A DNA stretch of 64,000 nucleotides, from assembly GCA_937930175.1 (NCBI GenBank), contig CALGLP010000006.1, positions 129,749 through 193,748 of the forward strand, in the 5' to 3' direction. How positions within the stretch are numbered: the first letter of the stretch is position 1; each line of letters starts with the position of its first letter. Origin of the DNA: an uncultured bacterium. Its GTDB lineage: Bacteria; Omnitrophota; Gorgyraeia; Zapsychrales; Aceulaceae. Below the pieces are notes generated by a model, which searched no databases, was not told the DNA's origin, and saw only the letters and a program-made list of their open reading frames with translations. Of this stretch, positions 28,747 through 39,572 are shown one piece after another. Both the position numbers and the translations under genes were made by a program.

Positions 28747-30258
28747 TTATGCGAAATTGTTGTGCGCCATGGTAATGGCAGAAAGTAGGGCTTGCGCCTT
28801 GTTTTTTGTTTCTTGGTATTCTTTTTGCGGGTTAGAATCTGCTACGATGCCTGCTCCAGCCTGAACATAAGCAGTTTTGTCTTTGATGACAACGGTACGG
28901 ATGGTAATACAGGTATCAAGGTTTTGCGCAAAACCTAGGTAACCAATGGCCCCGGCATACGGGCCGCGCGTAAGAGGCTCAAGGGTGTCAATAATTTCCA
29001 TCGCGCGAATTTTAGGTGCGCCAGAAACTGTTCCAGCGGGAAAAGCCGCTTGGAGGACATCAAAAGGGTTTTGGTCTTTGTCGAGCTCTCCTTTAATGTT
29101 GCTTACGATATGCATGACATGAGAATAATGTTCAATATTCATAAATTCTGATACTTGCACAGTTCCTTTTGCGCAGACGCGGCCTAAATCATTACGGCCA
29201 AGATCTACAAGCATGATATGTTCTGCCCTTTCTTTAGGGTCAGACAAGAGCTCTTTGGCCAAGCGGAAATCTTCTTTCTCGTCGATGCCACGTGGACGCG
29301 TTCCGGCAATGGGGCGTGTTTCCACGATATTGTTTTCACAGCGGACAAGAAGTTCTGGCGATGAACCGGCAATGACCATGTCGTCAAAATGTAGATAATA
29401 CATATAGGGCGAAGGATTCACCGTGCGTAGGGCTCTGTAGATGTTTAAAGGATGCGTTGAGACGGGGGTTGAAAAGCGCTGGGACAAGACAACCTGGATG
29501 ATATCGCCTTTAAAAATATTTTTTTTGGCGCTGACAACGGCTTGCTCAAATTGTTTTTCTGTAAAATTGGAAGAGACCTTAAGCTTGATGGGCTTGGTGC
29601 TTGCTTTTGGCGCGCTTGATTGAGGGACTACGGCGCGTAAGGAGAGAATTGTTTTTTCGATTCTTTTTTGAGCGTTCTTGTAAGCCAGGCGTTTTTGGGC
29701 GAGGGTTGCCGTGGATTTGATCTCAACACACGAAACAATCTTGATTTTATGATTGAGATGGTCAAAGATCACGAGGTCTTTGACAAGAGCTAAGATCATG
29801 TCTGCAAGCTTTAAATCATCTTTTGGTTTATGGGGAAGATGCTCGAAAAAGCGTACCGTGTCGTAGCCCATGTAGCCAATAAATCCACCGCAGAACTTTG
29901 GGAGACCCTTGACGGCAACAAAATGATAGTGGGACATGATTTTCTTTATTTCGTCTAAGGGATTTTGACTAACAGTGAATTTCTCTATCTTTGGCTTTGC
30001 GCTGAAAAAGGTTAAAAGCTCTGCCTCCTTGCCCTTACTTTTAAACACAAGCTCAGGATCTTTGGCCAGAAAAGAATAGCGGCATACCTTTTCCCCGCCC
30101 TCGACGGATTCAAGTAAAATGGCATATTTTGATTTGCTGGTGAGTTTAAGGTAAGCCGAAACAGGTGTTTCGAGATCGCCTAAGATTTCTTTGTAAATAG
30201 GAATCAGGTTGCCTTTTTTGGTGAGCGTAAGAAATTCTTTTTCCGTGGGATAGATCAT
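28747..30258 (-). CDS. chorismate-utilising enzyme, anthranilate synthase component I / aminodeoxychorismate synthase family (TrpE/PabB)
   Basis: 503 aa. Chorismate-binding C-terminal domain (…GTRPRG…[12 protein letters not shown]…GAIGYLGF…) and a TrpE-like N-domain. Start moved to abut the hisI stop. Confidence 0.75.
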   Translation of the reverse strand: MIYPTEKEFLTLTKKGNLIPIYKEILGDLETPVSAYLKLTSKSKYAILLESVEGGEKVCRYSFLAKDPELVFKSKGKEAELLTFFSAKPKIEKFTVSQNPLDEIKKIMSHYHFVAVKGLPKFCGGFIGYMGYDTVRFFEHLPHKPKDDLKLADMILALVKDLVIFDHLNHKIKIVSCVEIKSTATLAQKRLAYKNAQKRIEKTILSLRAVVPQSSAPKASTKPIKLKVSSNFTEKQFEQAVVSAKKNIFKGDIIQVVLSQRFSTPVSTHPLNIYRALRTVNPSPYMYYLHFDDMVIAGSSPELLVRCENNIVETRPIAGTRPRGIDEKEDFRLAKELLSDPKERAEHIMLVDLGRNDLGRVCAKGTVQVSEFMNIEHYSHVMHIVSNIKGELDKDQNPFDVLQAAFPAGTVSGAPKIRAMEIIDTLEPLTRGPYAGAIGYLGFAQNLDTCITIRTVVIKDKTAYVQAGAGIVADSNPQKEYQETKNKAQALLSAITMAHNNFA

Positions 30259-30611
30259 CTTTTTCCTTTGAGTGTGCGGTAGAAGCAGCTTTTCTTGCCT
30301 GTATGGCATGCTGCGCCAACCTGACGCACTTTAATGAGAATTGTGTCGAGATCGCAATCATAGCAGATGGATTTGACGTATTGAAAATGACCTGAGGTCA
30401 TTCCCTTGGTCCAAAATTCTTTGCGGGAACGTGACCAAAAACAGGTGCGTCCATCTTTGAGGGTTTTTTTAAGTGAAGCCAAGTTCATGTAGGCCATCAT
30501 CAAGACATCCTTTGTTTTGTCGTCTTGAACAATGGCAGGAATAAGCCCGTCACTATTAAAGCGCAATTTTTGCAGATTGCGTGACGTGATGATGAGCGTT
30601 TCGTTGGTCAT
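30255..30611 (-). CDS. hisI: phosphoribosyl-AMP cyclohydrolase
   Basis: 118 aa. …GLIPAIVQD…[11 protein letters not shown] motif. Confidence 0.85.
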   Translation of the reverse strand: MTNETLIITSRNLQKLRFNSDGLIPAIVQDDKTKDVLMMAYMNLASLKKTLKDGRTCFWSRSRKEFWTKGMTSGHFQYVKSICYDCDLDTILIKVRQVGAACHTGKKSCFYRTLKGKR

Positions 30612-31363
30612 GTGCGTACCTCAATGGTTTTTGTTTTTAGGTATTCTTTTACCTTAGGGATAGGAATCTCTCCATAATGAAAAATTGACGCGGCGAGCGC
30701 GGCATCGGCAGATGTTTGGGTAAAGACGTCGTAAAAATGTTCAAGGCGGCCAGCACCTCCTGAGGCAATGACGGGAATGGTTACAGCGTCGCAAATCGCC
30801 TTGGTTAGATCAAGCGCAAAGCCATCTTTAGTTCCATCGTGATCCATGCTTGTCAAAAGGATTTCTCCTGCGCCAAGACGCTCGCCTTCTTTAGCCCAGG
30901 CCACCGCGTCAAGCTTGGTCGGGGTTCGCCCGCCGTGGGTAAAGACTTGCCAGCTCTTGTGATGTTCTTTGGCATCAATGGCAAGGACAATACATTGGCT
31001 GCCAAATCGTTGCGCTGCTTCTGTGATGAGACGTGGATTTTCAACCGCAGAGGTGTTGATGGAAACTTTATCCGCTCCAGCATTTAAGAGGTCTCGAATA
31101 TCGTCAACAGAGTTAATTCCCCCGCCAACCGTGAGAGGCATAAAGACTTGCTCAGCGGTCATTTTGACCACATCAAGAAAGATGGGGCGTTTTTCATGGC
31201 TTGCGGTAATGTCGAGAAAGACAATTTCATCCGCTTGCGCCTTGTCATAGGTTTTGGCGCATTCAACCGGGTCTCCGGCATCGCGCAGCTGGACAAAATT
31301 AATGCCTTTGACCACGCGGCCGTTTTTGACATCAAGGCATGGGATTATGCGTTTTTTAAGCAT
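30608..31363 (-). CDS. hisF: imidazole glycerol phosphate synthase cyclase subunit
   Basis: 251 aa. [17 protein letters not shown]-terminus. Confidence 0.95.
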   Translation of the reverse strand: MLKKRIIPCLDVKNGRVVKGINFVQLRDAGDPVECAKTYDKAQADEIVFLDITASHEKRPIFLDVVKMTAEQVFMPLTVGGGINSVDDIRDLLNAGADKVSINTSAVENPRLITEAAQRFGSQCIVLAIDAKEHHKSWQVFTHGGRTPTKLDAVAWAKEGERLGAGEILLTSMDHDGTKDGFALDLTKAICDAVTIPVIASGGAGRLEHFYDVFTQTSADAALAASIFHYGEIPIPKVKEYLKTKTIEVRT

Positions 31364-32076
31364 AGATCAATCGCGTCTTTTAAATGGAATTTCTTTTCAT
31401 ATAAGGCTTTTCCTGTGATCGTGCCGTAAAGATTTTGCGCTTTAAGATCAAGCAATTGTTGAATGTCAGCGAGACTTGCAATGCCGCCGGAGGCAATCAC
31501 CTGCATCTTGGTTATCTTGAGAATTTGTTTTAAGCTTTTCATGTTGGGGCCCTTAAGCATACCATCGGTTGCGATATCCGTAAAAATAAGTGTTTGAAGT
31601 CCCATGTCTTCAAGTTTTGGAATAAGATCCATGGCCTTGATCGACGATACAGCTGTCCACCCCTTTGTGGTGATGAGTCCATTGGCACAATCAAGGCTGA
31701 CCGCGATTTTAGGGCCCCATGTCTTGAGAGCTGTTTTAAGAAAGTCAATATTTTCTACTGCTTGTGTTCCCAGGATAGCGCGGGCAACATTGATGGAAAA
31801 AACTTTTTCAAGTGTTTTTATGTTACGGATACCACCACCCATTTGAATGGAGGCGCTTGTTGCCGCAATAATTTCTTTAATGCGATCAAGGTTTTGGGGT
31901 GTTCCTTCTTTGGCGCCATCGAGATCAATGATATGAATAAGCTTTGCGCCATCACGAGCCCATGCTTGAGCAACGGGCAGCGGGTTTTGGTCGTATATCT
32001 TTTCCTGGTCAAATTTTCCTTGGGTCAGGCGAACAACATGACCATTTTTAATATCAATGGCGGGAATAATAATCAT
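31345..32076 (-). CDS. hisA: ProFAR isomerase
   Basis: 243 aa. [16 protein letters not shown]-terminus. Confidence 0.9.
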   Translation of the reverse strand: MIIIPAIDIKNGHVVRLTQGKFDQEKIYDQNPLPVAQAWARDGAKLIHIIDLDGAKEGTPQNLDRIKEIIAATSASIQMGGGIRNIKTLEKVFSINVARAILGTQAVENIDFLKTALKTWGPKIAVSLDCANGLITTKGWTAVSSIKAMDLIPKLEDMGLQTLIFTDIATDGMLKGPNMKSLKQILKITKMQVIASGGIASLADIQQLLDLKAQNLYGTITGKALYEKKFHLKDAIDLCLKNA

Positions 32077-32687
32077 GGCTTTAAAAGGCAGAAATTTTTT
32101 AAAATGGTTAATCCAGCCTCTTGGCTTTTTTCAGGGTGAAATTGAACCGCAAAGAGATTGTCCTTCCACACCGACGATGTAAAGGCGCGTCCGTAATGTG
32201 TTTGGGTGGCCACAATCTCGCTTTGCGATGGCGCTACATAGAACGAATGGCAAAAATAAAAATTTGTTACGGGGTTGATCCCCTGTAAGATAGGGCAATT
32301 AGGTTTTGTTAGGGTGATATCGTTCCAACCCATGTGGGGCACTTTGAGAGTTGTAAAGCGTGTTACTTTTCCAGGAAGAATTGATAAAGTTGGGATGTCC
32401 CCACCCTCTTCGCTTTGTTCAAAGAGCAGTTGCAGCCCAAGGCAAATACCTAAAAAAGGTTTTCCTGATTTGATAAAAGTTTTGATCGGCGAAACAAGAT
32501 TGAGGTCTTCTAGGCGTTGCATGGCTGGCGTAATGGCTCCGACCCCAGGCAGGACAACTTTTTCTGCCGCAAGGATGACATCAGGTTTATCTGTGATGCA
32601 GGTTTTAGCGCCAACGCGTTCTAGCGCTTTCTGAACACTTCGCAGATTTCCCGTTCCATAATCAATAATGGCGATCACAGAGGACAT
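32073..32687 (-). CDS. hisH: imidazole glycerol phosphate synthase glutaminase subunit
   Basis: 204 aa. Class I GATase triad region (GICLGLQ…H). Confidence 0.9.
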   Translation of the reverse strand: MSSVIAIIDYGTGNLRSVQKALERVGAKTCITDKPDVILAAEKVVLPGVGAITPAMQRLEDLNLVSPIKTFIKSGKPFLGICLGLQLLFEQSEEGGDIPTLSILPGKVTRFTTLKVPHMGWNDITLTKPNCPILQGINPVTNFYFCHSFYVAPSQSEIVATQTHYGRAFTSSVWKDNLFAVQFHPEKSQEAGLTILKNFCLLKP

Positions 32688-33304
32688 TAGTCAATAATTC
32701 CTTTGGTTGAAGGAATTCCTTGGCGACGTGTGTCGATTTGAACGGCTTGATCCAGGGCCAGACCAAGGGCCTTGAAAACTGTTTCCATGGTGGTGTGTAG
32801 ATCTTCCGATACATTTTTAATGTTTACAATAAGATTGGCCCCGAGGTGATTGGCGAAAGATTCGAGGAAATGCTCAAGGTAGGCAAGCGCGTAGCCGTCT
32901 TGTTTATTTCCTTTGAGGAGCCCAAGCCCTTCGATCTTGCAGTAGCCTCGCCCGCTTAAATCAATAATGATCTCCGAGAATGTAGACTCCATGGGCGCTG
33001 CTGCGAATCCAAAGCGGCGAATTTTTGATTTGTCGCTTAAAGCTTTTTTAAAAAGTTTTCCCATGACAATCCCCACATCTTCGTTGGTGTGGTGAATGTC
33101 AATATTGGTGTCTGCTTTTTTGACCTCAAGCTTGAGGTCAAAGTGGCCATGAAAGGCAAATAGTTCGATCATGTGGTCAAGGATGCCGATATGGGTTGTG
33201 ATCTTTGTTTTCCCGCATCCATCGAGATTGAGGTCGGCGACAATTTCCGTTTCTTTGCTTTTGCGGCTTTCGCTAGCACAGCGAGGTTTCTTAAAAGTAA
33301 ACAT
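32687..33304 (-). CDS. hisB: imidazoleglycerol-phosphate dehydratase
   Basis: 205 aa. Duplicated HH/E metal motifs of IGPD. Confidence 0.9.
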   Translation of the reverse strand: MFTFKKPRCASESRKSKETEIVADLNLDGCGKTKITTHIGILDHMIELFAFHGHFDLKLEVKKADTNIDIHHTNEDVGIVMGKLFKKALSDKSKIRRFGFAAAPMESTFSEIIIDLSGRGYCKIEGLGLLKGNKQDGYALAYLEHFLESFANHLGANLIVNIKNVSEDLHTTMETVFKALGLALDQAVQIDTRRQGIPSTKGIID

Positions 33305-33319
33305 GGTGTTGTTCCTTTC

Positions 33320-34543
33320 CTATTTGAAGCGGATCTGAACCGATTCGTTATGCTTGGTCAATCCTTCGAGAAGCGCGACTTTTTGCAAAGGCTCACGGAT
33401 CGCTTCCAGGGCTTTCTTTGAATACGAGATAATATGACTTGTTTTTGTAAAATCTGATAAACAAATACCAGAGAAAAAGCGCGCGGTTCCTAGCGTTGGT
33501 AGGACATGGCTGGGGCCCGCGATATAATCTCCGACGGCCGTTGGACTAAAGGGACCCAAAAAGATCGCTCCGGCGTTTTGAATTTTATTGGCAATGCCCG
33601 CGGCGTTGTTGGTTAGGATCTGAAGATGTTCAGGGGCAATCTTATTGGCAATTTCAATGGCTTCGGTAATGTTTTTTGCGCAAATGGCATAGCCGTTTGG
33701 AATATGCTTGCGTAGCTGTCTCGCAAGTTTTCTAGACGTCGTTATGAGAATCGCAAGGCCTCCGACATGTTCTGCCTGAGACTCGAGATCAGCGAGAATA
33801 TAAGCGGGATCACTGTGGCGGCTCGCAATAATGGCGAGTTCACTTGGGCCTGCGAGCATATCAATATCCACATAGCCGAAGAGTTGTCGTTTGGCTTCAG
33901 TCACGTACATATTGCCGGGACCAATGATTTTATCAACCTTGGGAATTGTTTTTGTTCCTAAGGCGAGCGCAGCAATGGCTTGGGCCCCGCCGATTTTATA
34001 GATCTCATTGACTTTTAAAAGATTAGCGACGGCTAGAATATAGGGATTGATATGGCCGGTTTTATCTGGCGGTGAAACTAAAACAATGCGCTTGACCCCT
34101 GCAATCTTGGCTGGGATAACTGTCATGTAGACCGAAGAGACTAAGGGCGCTGTTCCTGCGGGGATATAAATTCCCACGGATTCAAGGGGTAAGATCTTTT
34201 CTTTGAGAACTGCGCCATCATGATCGCTGACACGGCAAGGTTTTTTAAGTTGTTTTTCATAAAAGAGAGAAACATTATTAATAATCAGCTTGAGTGTTGT
34301 AATAAAATCACTGGTAATGTTTTGAAAGGCACCGCTAATTTCTGCTTCTGCGACTTTGATTTGTTTTTGCGTTAGCTTGACCTTGTCAAAGCGCCGGGTG
34401 TATTTGATGATGGCATCATCACCGTTTAGCTTGATATCGTCGATAATGTGACGCACTTTTTCTTCAATGTGCTTTTTTCGCGCGTAAAGATTGCGGTCGT
34501 AAAGTTTTTGAACACCGGCCGATGTGGGTTTTAGAATTTTCAT
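33320..34543 (-). CDS. hisD: histidinol dehydrogenase
   Basis: 407 aa. HisD family pattern (…YIPAGTAPL…GPGNMYV…). Confidence 0.85.
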   Translation of the reverse strand: MKILKPTSAGVQKLYDRNLYARKKHIEEKVRHIIDDIKLNGDDAIIKYTRRFDKVKLTQKQIKVAEAEISGAFQNITSDFITTLKLIINNVSLFYEKQLKKPCRVSDHDGAVLKEKILPLESVGIYIPAGTAPLVSSVYMTVIPAKIAGVKRIVLVSPPDKTGHINPYILAVANLLKVNEIYKIGGAQAIAALALGTKTIPKVDKIIGPGNMYVTEAKRQLFGYVDIDMLAGPSELAIIASRHSDPAYILADLESQAEHVGGLAILITTSRKLARQLRKHIPNGYAICAKNITEAIEIANKIAPEHLQILTNNAAGIANKIQNAGAIFLGPFSPTAVGDYIAGPSHVLPTLGTARFFSGICLSDFTKTSHIISYSKKALEAIREPLQKVALLEGLTKHNESVQIRFK

Positions 34544-34547
34544 AGGG

Positions 34548-37181
34548 TTATTTCTCTTTGATCAGTTTTTCAATGGATTGAAACATTTGGACGAGATTAA
34601 TTTTTTCTTTCGTTCCTGCTTGCGCGAGCGCGGGCCGTCCTCCGCCGCTACCGTTGATTTCTTTGGCGATATCTGCGATGAGTTCATTAGCCTTGATGTT
34701 TTTGGCAATGAGATCATCGGTCACGCAAATAATCAAAGATGTCCCACTGTCATTCTGTGCTCCTAAGGCGACGATGGCAGATTTTGCTTTATTTTTCACG
34801 AGATCAGCAACGGTGCGCAGTGTCTCAATATCCATGTTGTTAAAGCTTGCTGCGATGTAATTCATCGTTTTGATTGTCTTGGCTTTGGCAATAATGTTGG
34901 TGAGGGACCCTTTGATATTTTCAATTTTTAGGTGCGCGAGCTCTTGCTCAAGGCCTTTGATCTTTTTCATTTGTGCTTCAAGTTTTGCAAGAGATTCGTC
35001 TTTGGGCGATTTGAGTATTTTTGCTATTTTGCTAGCGTGTTCTTCCATCTCGTGAATGAATTTAAGCGCGTGGCGTCCGGTTGTGGCTTCAATACGTCGG
35101 ATTCCTTGGGCGATAGCGCTCTCCCCTAAAATTTTTAAAATACCAATTTGTCCTGTGTTATCAAGATGCGTTCCTCCGCAGAGCTCTTTGGAGGTCTTCT
35201 CTACGGTAATCACGCGGACAGCAGCATTGTATTTTTCGGCAAAAAACGCAAGGGCACCTTGTTTTTTAGCTTCATCTAAAGATAGCTGCTCTTTTTTGAC
35301 CGTGAGGCACTGTTGAACAGAGGCGTTCACTATATCTTCGATGGTGCAAAGCTCTTTTTCCGTTAAGGCTTTGGGATGTGTAAAGTCAAAGCGTAGTCGA
35401 TCCTCGGTAACCAAGGAACCTTGCTGCTGAACATGATCACCCAGGACCTGGCGTAAGGCAGCTTGGAGCAGATGCGTTGCGGTATGGTTACGCATAATAT
35501 CAAGGCGCCGTTGTTCGTCAATTTTAGCTGTTAAGGCATCGCCAATGTTAAGAGATCCTTTTTGGATTTGGCCACAGTGGATACAGATGTCAGAGATTTT
35601 GTTGGTTTGCAATATGTGGACCATCGTGCCTTCTGTTGTGAGCGTTCCCTGGTCGCCGACTTGGCCACCCGATTCTCCGTAAAAGGGTGTTTGATCGAGG
35701 ATCACTTTAATCTGGACTGGGGCTTGTGCCTTCGTTACAGGTTTGTCGTCAACAAAAAGAGCGATAACCTTGGCAGTGCATGTCAGTTGTTCATAGCCCA
35801 CAAAATGTGTTTTTGGGATCTTGTCACAATTTATTTCCGAGGAGGTGAAGACATCGCCGGTCATTTTGCTTGAGGCGCGTGATTTTTCTCTTTGAGCATT
35901 CATGAGTTGTTCGGCGTCGTTCATGGCCCTTGCGATCGTTTGTTCTTTAAGACCCAATCCTTCAAGAACTGTTTTGACCGCAGTTAGGGTAAGGCCATAA
36001 GTATCGCGATATTTAAAAATGATATGTCCTAATTGCTCAGGTTTTTCTCTGGCTTCTATTTGAAGCTCTGGAATACGTTCCTGCCGCACTTTTTGATAGG
36101 CCTCTTCTGTTTTTTTGATCCAGGCAGCAATATTATTTTGCTTAGCCAAAAGATCGTCGTAAGGGTCTTTCATGGCTAAAACAACCGAAGGCACGAGCTT
36201 GTGCACAAAGGATGTTTTACCCTTTTCCAGAAGGAGGTCTGTGATGTCGGTAATCAGTTTTTTGATGACATAGCCGCGACCTTCATTGGACGGAATAACG
36301 CCATCGGCAATGCCAAAAACAATAGCGCGCATATGATCGGCAAGGATGTAGCGCTCTTTTGTTGTCAAGGTGATGTGATTTTTTTTAGCTTCAGCGTCGA
36401 TTGATTTTAAAATAGGATCAAAGAGATTAGTTTCAAAGTTTGTTGTTTTTCCTTGAACAACAGCGGCCAGGCGTTCTAAGCCCATGCCGGTATCAATATT
36501 TTTGTTTGGCAGCGGATCTAAAGTTCCATCCTCTTTACGATTAAACTGTGTAAAAACTAAATTCCAGATTTCTGCAAAACGACCACAGCTGCAGTCTGGA
36601 TTACACTCAGGGCTTTTGCATCCAACATCCACTCCGTAATCATAAAAGATTTCCGAGCATGGTCCACAGGGACCGTTGGGGCCTTTTTGTTTTGCTTCGG
36701 AAGGCCAGAAATTACTTTTATCGCCAAGTTCGACAATTCTTTGGGGATCGAGCTTGATCTCGCTGAGCCATAGATTCTTGGCTTCTTTGTCCTCATGGTA
36801 GACGGAGACCCATAGCCGCTCTTGCGGTAAGCGCATGACCTGGGTTAAAAATTCCCAGGCCCAGGCAATGGCTTCTTTCTTGAAATAATTGCCAAAGGAG
36901 AAATTGCCAAGCATTTCAAAAAAGGTATGGTGAAAAGCGGTCACGCCGACTTGGTTAAGATCGTCCGTACGAAGGCATTTTTGGGAGGTTGCCACGCGGG
37001 AGAGGCCATCGGTTTGCCCTAAAAATTGTTTTTTAAATTGTTGCATGCCGGCGGTTGTAAAAAGTACCGTGGGATCATCCTTGGGAACCAGAGAATCACT
37101 TGCAAGAATCTTGTGTTCTTTGGAGGCAAAGAAATCTAGAAATTTTTTACGAATATCATTTGTTGTCATAGCTGTGAACAA
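34548..37181 (-). CDS. alaS: alanine--tRNA ligase
   Basis: 877 aa. Class II catalytic core, editing-domain HxxxH…CxxxH motifs, C-terminal C-Ala domain. Confidence 0.95.
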   Translation of the reverse strand: MFTAMTTNDIRKKFLDFFASKEHKILASDSLVPKDDPTVLFTTAGMQQFKKQFLGQTDGLSRVATSQKCLRTDDLNQVGVTAFHHTFFEMLGNFSFGNYFKKEAIAWAWEFLTQVMRLPQERLWVSVYHEDKEAKNLWLSEIKLDPQRIVELGDKSNFWPSEAKQKGPNGPCGPCSEIFYDYGVDVGCKSPECNPDCSCGRFAEIWNLVFTQFNRKEDGTLDPLPNKNIDTGMGLERLAAVVQGKTTNFETNLFDPILKSIDAEAKKNHITLTTKERYILADHMRAIVFGIADGVIPSNEGRGYVIKKLITDITDLLLEKGKTSFVHKLVPSVVLAMKDPYDDLLAKQNNIAAWIKKTEEAYQKVRQERIPELQIEAREKPEQLGHIIFKYRDTYGLTLTAVKTVLEGLGLKEQTIARAMNDAEQLMNAQREKSRASSKMTGDVFTSSEINCDKIPKTHFVGYEQLTCTAKVIALFVDDKPVTKAQAPVQIKVILDQTPFYGESGGQVGDQGTLTTEGTMVHILQTNKISDICIHCGQIQKGSLNIGDALTAKIDEQRRLDIMRNHTATHLLQAALRQVLGDHVQQQGSLVTEDRLRFDFTHPKALTEKELCTIEDIVNASVQQCLTVKKEQLSLDEAKKQGALAFFAEKYNAAVRVITVEKTSKELCGGTHLDNTGQIGILKILGESAIAQGIRRIEATTGRHALKFIHEMEEHASKIAKILKSPKDESLAKLEAQMKKIKGLEQELAHLKIENIKGSLTNIIAKAKTIKTMNYIAASFNNMDIETLRTVADLVKNKAKSAIVALGAQNDSGTSLIICVTDDLIAKNIKANELIADIAKEINGSGGGRPALAQAGTKEKINLVQMFQSIEKLIKEK

Positions 37182-37632
37182 TTTTTAAGGCCATGGTTTG
37201 AGAAAATCCTTTGCGAATAAGAAATCCATAGATGCGGCGCTGCAAAGTGGATGTTTCTAGGTTGTGGTAGCGGTGGATGCGTTTTTTGGCTAAATCGCGC
37301 GCAATACGTTCCTCATTGTAATCCGTAAGCGCATTATTAAGCGTTTCTGTGATCAGGGTGTCGTTAATGCCTTTTTGTTTAAGCTCGGCAATGATGCGAT
37401 GCTTACCGTAGCTATTGGTTAGTCGCCAAGAAACCCAATCATGGGCAAAGCGCCTATCATCGATGAGTTTTAAACCTGTGAGAACGGCAACTACTTTAGC
37501 AATAACTTCTGGCGAATAATTTTTCTGTGTTAAGCGCTCTTGAAGTTCTTGCCGGCTTCGTGGACGTATTTTAAGAAGCCTAAAACAAGTCTGTTTTGCT
37601 TTGGAAAAAGGCTCATCAATAGTTTTGGGCAC
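37156..37632 (-). CDS. recX: recombination regulator RecX
   Basis: 158 aa helical-repeat protein directly downstream of recA. Confidence 0.8.
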   Translation of the reverse strand: MPKTIDEPFSKAKQTCFRLLKIRPRSRQELQERLTQKNYSPEVIAKVVAVLTGLKLIDDRRFAHDWVSWRLTNSYGKHRIIAELKQKGINDTLITETLNNALTDYNEERIARDLAKKRIHRYHNLETSTLQRRIYGFLIRKGFSQTMALKIVHSYDNK

Positions 37633-37640
37633 GACGTTAA

Positions 37641-38657
37641 TTATTTCGCGACAATGACTTTTTCGCGGACTTTCTTTTCAATTTGAGCCAAGATCTTTGG
37701 ATTGTCTTTCAAGAATGCCCGTGCGCTTTCACGGCCTTGGCCAATTTTTTCTGTTTCATAGGAAAACCAGGATCCTGATTTGACAATCAAACCTTCTCGA
37801 ATCCCTAAGTCTAAGATATCGCTGAGCCGTGAAATGCCTTCATCAAAATAGATCTCAAACATGGCTTCACGAAATGGAGCGGCGACTTTATTTTTAACAA
37901 CCTTGGCTTTGACGAGGTTTCCGACGAACTCCTCACCTTTTTTAATGCTTTCCACGCGACGAAGGTCAATGCGCACGGAGGCATAAAATTTGAGCGCGCG
38001 TCCACCCGTCGTTGTTTCTGGTGAGCCGAACATAACGCCGATTTTCATACGGATTTGATTAATAAAAATGACACAGGTCTTGGATTTGCTAATCGCGGCT
38101 GTGAGTTTGCGCAGAGCTTGGGACATCAGTCTTGCTTGAAGGCCCATGTGGGAGTCCCCCATTTCACCTTCAATTTCAGCGCGCGGGGTTAAGGCAGCTA
38201 CAGAGTCAATGACTACTAAGTCAACGGCGTTAGAGCGGACAAGGGTTTCAGCGATTTCGAGGGCTTGCTCGCCCGTGTCGGGCTGTGAAATCAAAAGATC
38301 ATCAAGCTTGACGCCAAGGGTTTTGGCATACGATGAGTCAAAGGCATGTTCTGCATCGATAAATGCAGCTACACCGCCTTGTTTTTGAATTTGATTGATA
38401 ATGCTTAAGGTTAGGGTTGTTTTTCCAGATGATTCTGGCCCGTAAATCTCAATGACGCGTCCTTTGGGAACGCCGCCAATGCCCAGGGCTGCATCAAGGG
38501 CAATCGAACCCGTTGGGATGCAATCGACATGGGAAGAGATATTTTGGCCAAGGGTCATGATGGATCCTTTGCCAAATTGCTTCTCAATTTGAGTTAAGGC
38601 AAGTTCAAGGGCTTTTTTCTTATCCGTATTCACTTCTGGTTTTTTTTCTTCTTTCAT
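37641..38657 (-). CDS. recA: recombinase RecA
   Basis: 338 aa. Walker [11 protein letters not shown]1/L2 loop regions. Confidence 0.97.
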   Translation of the reverse strand: MKEEKKPEVNTDKKKALELALTQIEKQFGKGSIMTLGQNISSHVDCIPTGSIALDAALGIGGVPKGRVIEIYGPESSGKTTLTLSIINQIQKQGGVAAFIDAEHAFDSSYAKTLGVKLDDLLISQPDTGEQALEIAETLVRSNAVDLVVIDSVAALTPRAEIEGEMGDSHMGLQARLMSQALRKLTAAISKSKTCVIFINQIRMKIGVMFGSPETTTGGRALKFYASVRIDLRRVESIKKGEEFVGNLVKAKVVKNKVAAPFREAMFEIYFDEGISRLSDILDLGIREGLIVKSGSWFSYETEKIGQGRESARAFLKDNPKILAQIEKKVREKVIVAK

Positions 38658-38690
38658 AAAATCCTCCGTTGTTAAAGGTGTGAGGAGTGA

Positions 38691-38719
38691 ATTATACCTG
38701 AGGGGCTTTCCCTTGTCAA
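38691..38719 (-). promoter_or_regulatory. sigma70-type promoter for recA (consensus -35 TTGACA, 17-nt spacer, -10 TATAAT)
   Basis: Minus-strand reading TTGACAagggaaagcccctcaggTATAAT. GGAGG RBS 5 nt before the recA ATG. Confidence 0.6.
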
Positions 38720-38734
38720 ATGCAAAAGGGTTCT

Positions 38735-38766
38735 GGCGCTGGCGCCTTAAGGCGCCAGCGCCAGAT
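38735..38766 (-). terminator. perfect GC-rich hairpin (14-bp arms), probable rsmE terminator
   Basis: CTGGCGCTGGCGCC-ttaa-GGCGCCAGCGCCAG. On the minus strand it is followed by AACCCTTTTGC. Lies between rsmE and the recA promoter. Confidence 0.5.
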
Positions 38767-38806
38767 AGAAATCATATTAATACTAGTATATAGAAGAGGG
38801 CAACGT

Positions 38807-39550
38807 TTATGATCGTAAGGAAAGCATGAGAAAGGATATGGCGGCCATGGCAGCGGTTTCAACTTTTAAAACCTGCGGGCCCAGACTAACGGGTAAAGAG
38901 CCTTTACTGAGAGCAAGATGCATTTCTTCGTCGGTAAAATCCCCTTCTGGGCCAATGAGGATATAGATTCTTTGAGTCTTTCGGAGCTGATTGAGCGAAA
39001 GGCTGGCAAGAGGTTTACGGTTTTGATGGAGCGATCCGATGAGGCTTAGGTCGTCAGCTGTGATCATCGCGAACATGGCGTCCAAAATCATGACAGGATG
39101 AATCTTGGGCAAGAAAGATCGCTGCGATTGCTTGCAGGCATTGATAGCAACTTCTTGATAGCGCTCGTGTTTGTGTTTTAAGTTTTCCGCAGAGCCTGAC
39201 ATTTCCGTGCGGATTGTTTTCAGAGGGATAATTTCGTCAGCGCCAAGTTCGGTGCATTTTTCAATGATGGTTTCAAACTTTGATTTTTTGGGGATCGCGC
39301 AGGCAAGGACCAATGAAGGCTTTAGACGTTGGTGATTTGAAAAGTTTTGGAGGCGAATTTGGGCGCTTTTTTTGGAAATCGCCTGGATGGTCCCCAGGGC
39401 TTCAAGACCTTGGCCGTTAAAGACAATAAGATCGTCATTCTTTTTAAAGCAAAGCACGTGGAAGAGATGGTGAAGTTCATCGTTGTCAAAAATAGAAATA
39501 ATTTTTTGGTTTTGAGTTAGGCTTGGAAAATAAAAACGGTGTAATGTCAC
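38807..39550 (-). CDS. rsmE: 16S rRNA (uracil1498-N3)-methyltransferase
   Basis: 247 aa. RsmE/SPOUT pattern (…LIGPEGDFT.EE…). Confidence 0.8.
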   Translation of the reverse strand: MTLHRFYFPSLTQNQKIISIFDNDELHHLFHVLCFKKNDDLIVFNGQGLEALGTIQAISKKSAQIRLQNFSNHQRLKPSLVLACAIPKKSKFETIIEKCTELGADEIIPLKTIRTEMSGSAENLKHKHERYQEVAINACKQSQRSFLPKIHPVMILDAMFAMITADDLSLIGSLHQNRKPLASLSLNQLRKTQRIYILIGPEGDFTDEEMHLALSKGSLPVSLGPQVLKVETAAMAAISFLMLSLRS

Positions 39551-39572
39551 AGGTAGTCGTTAGCAGTTCTCT

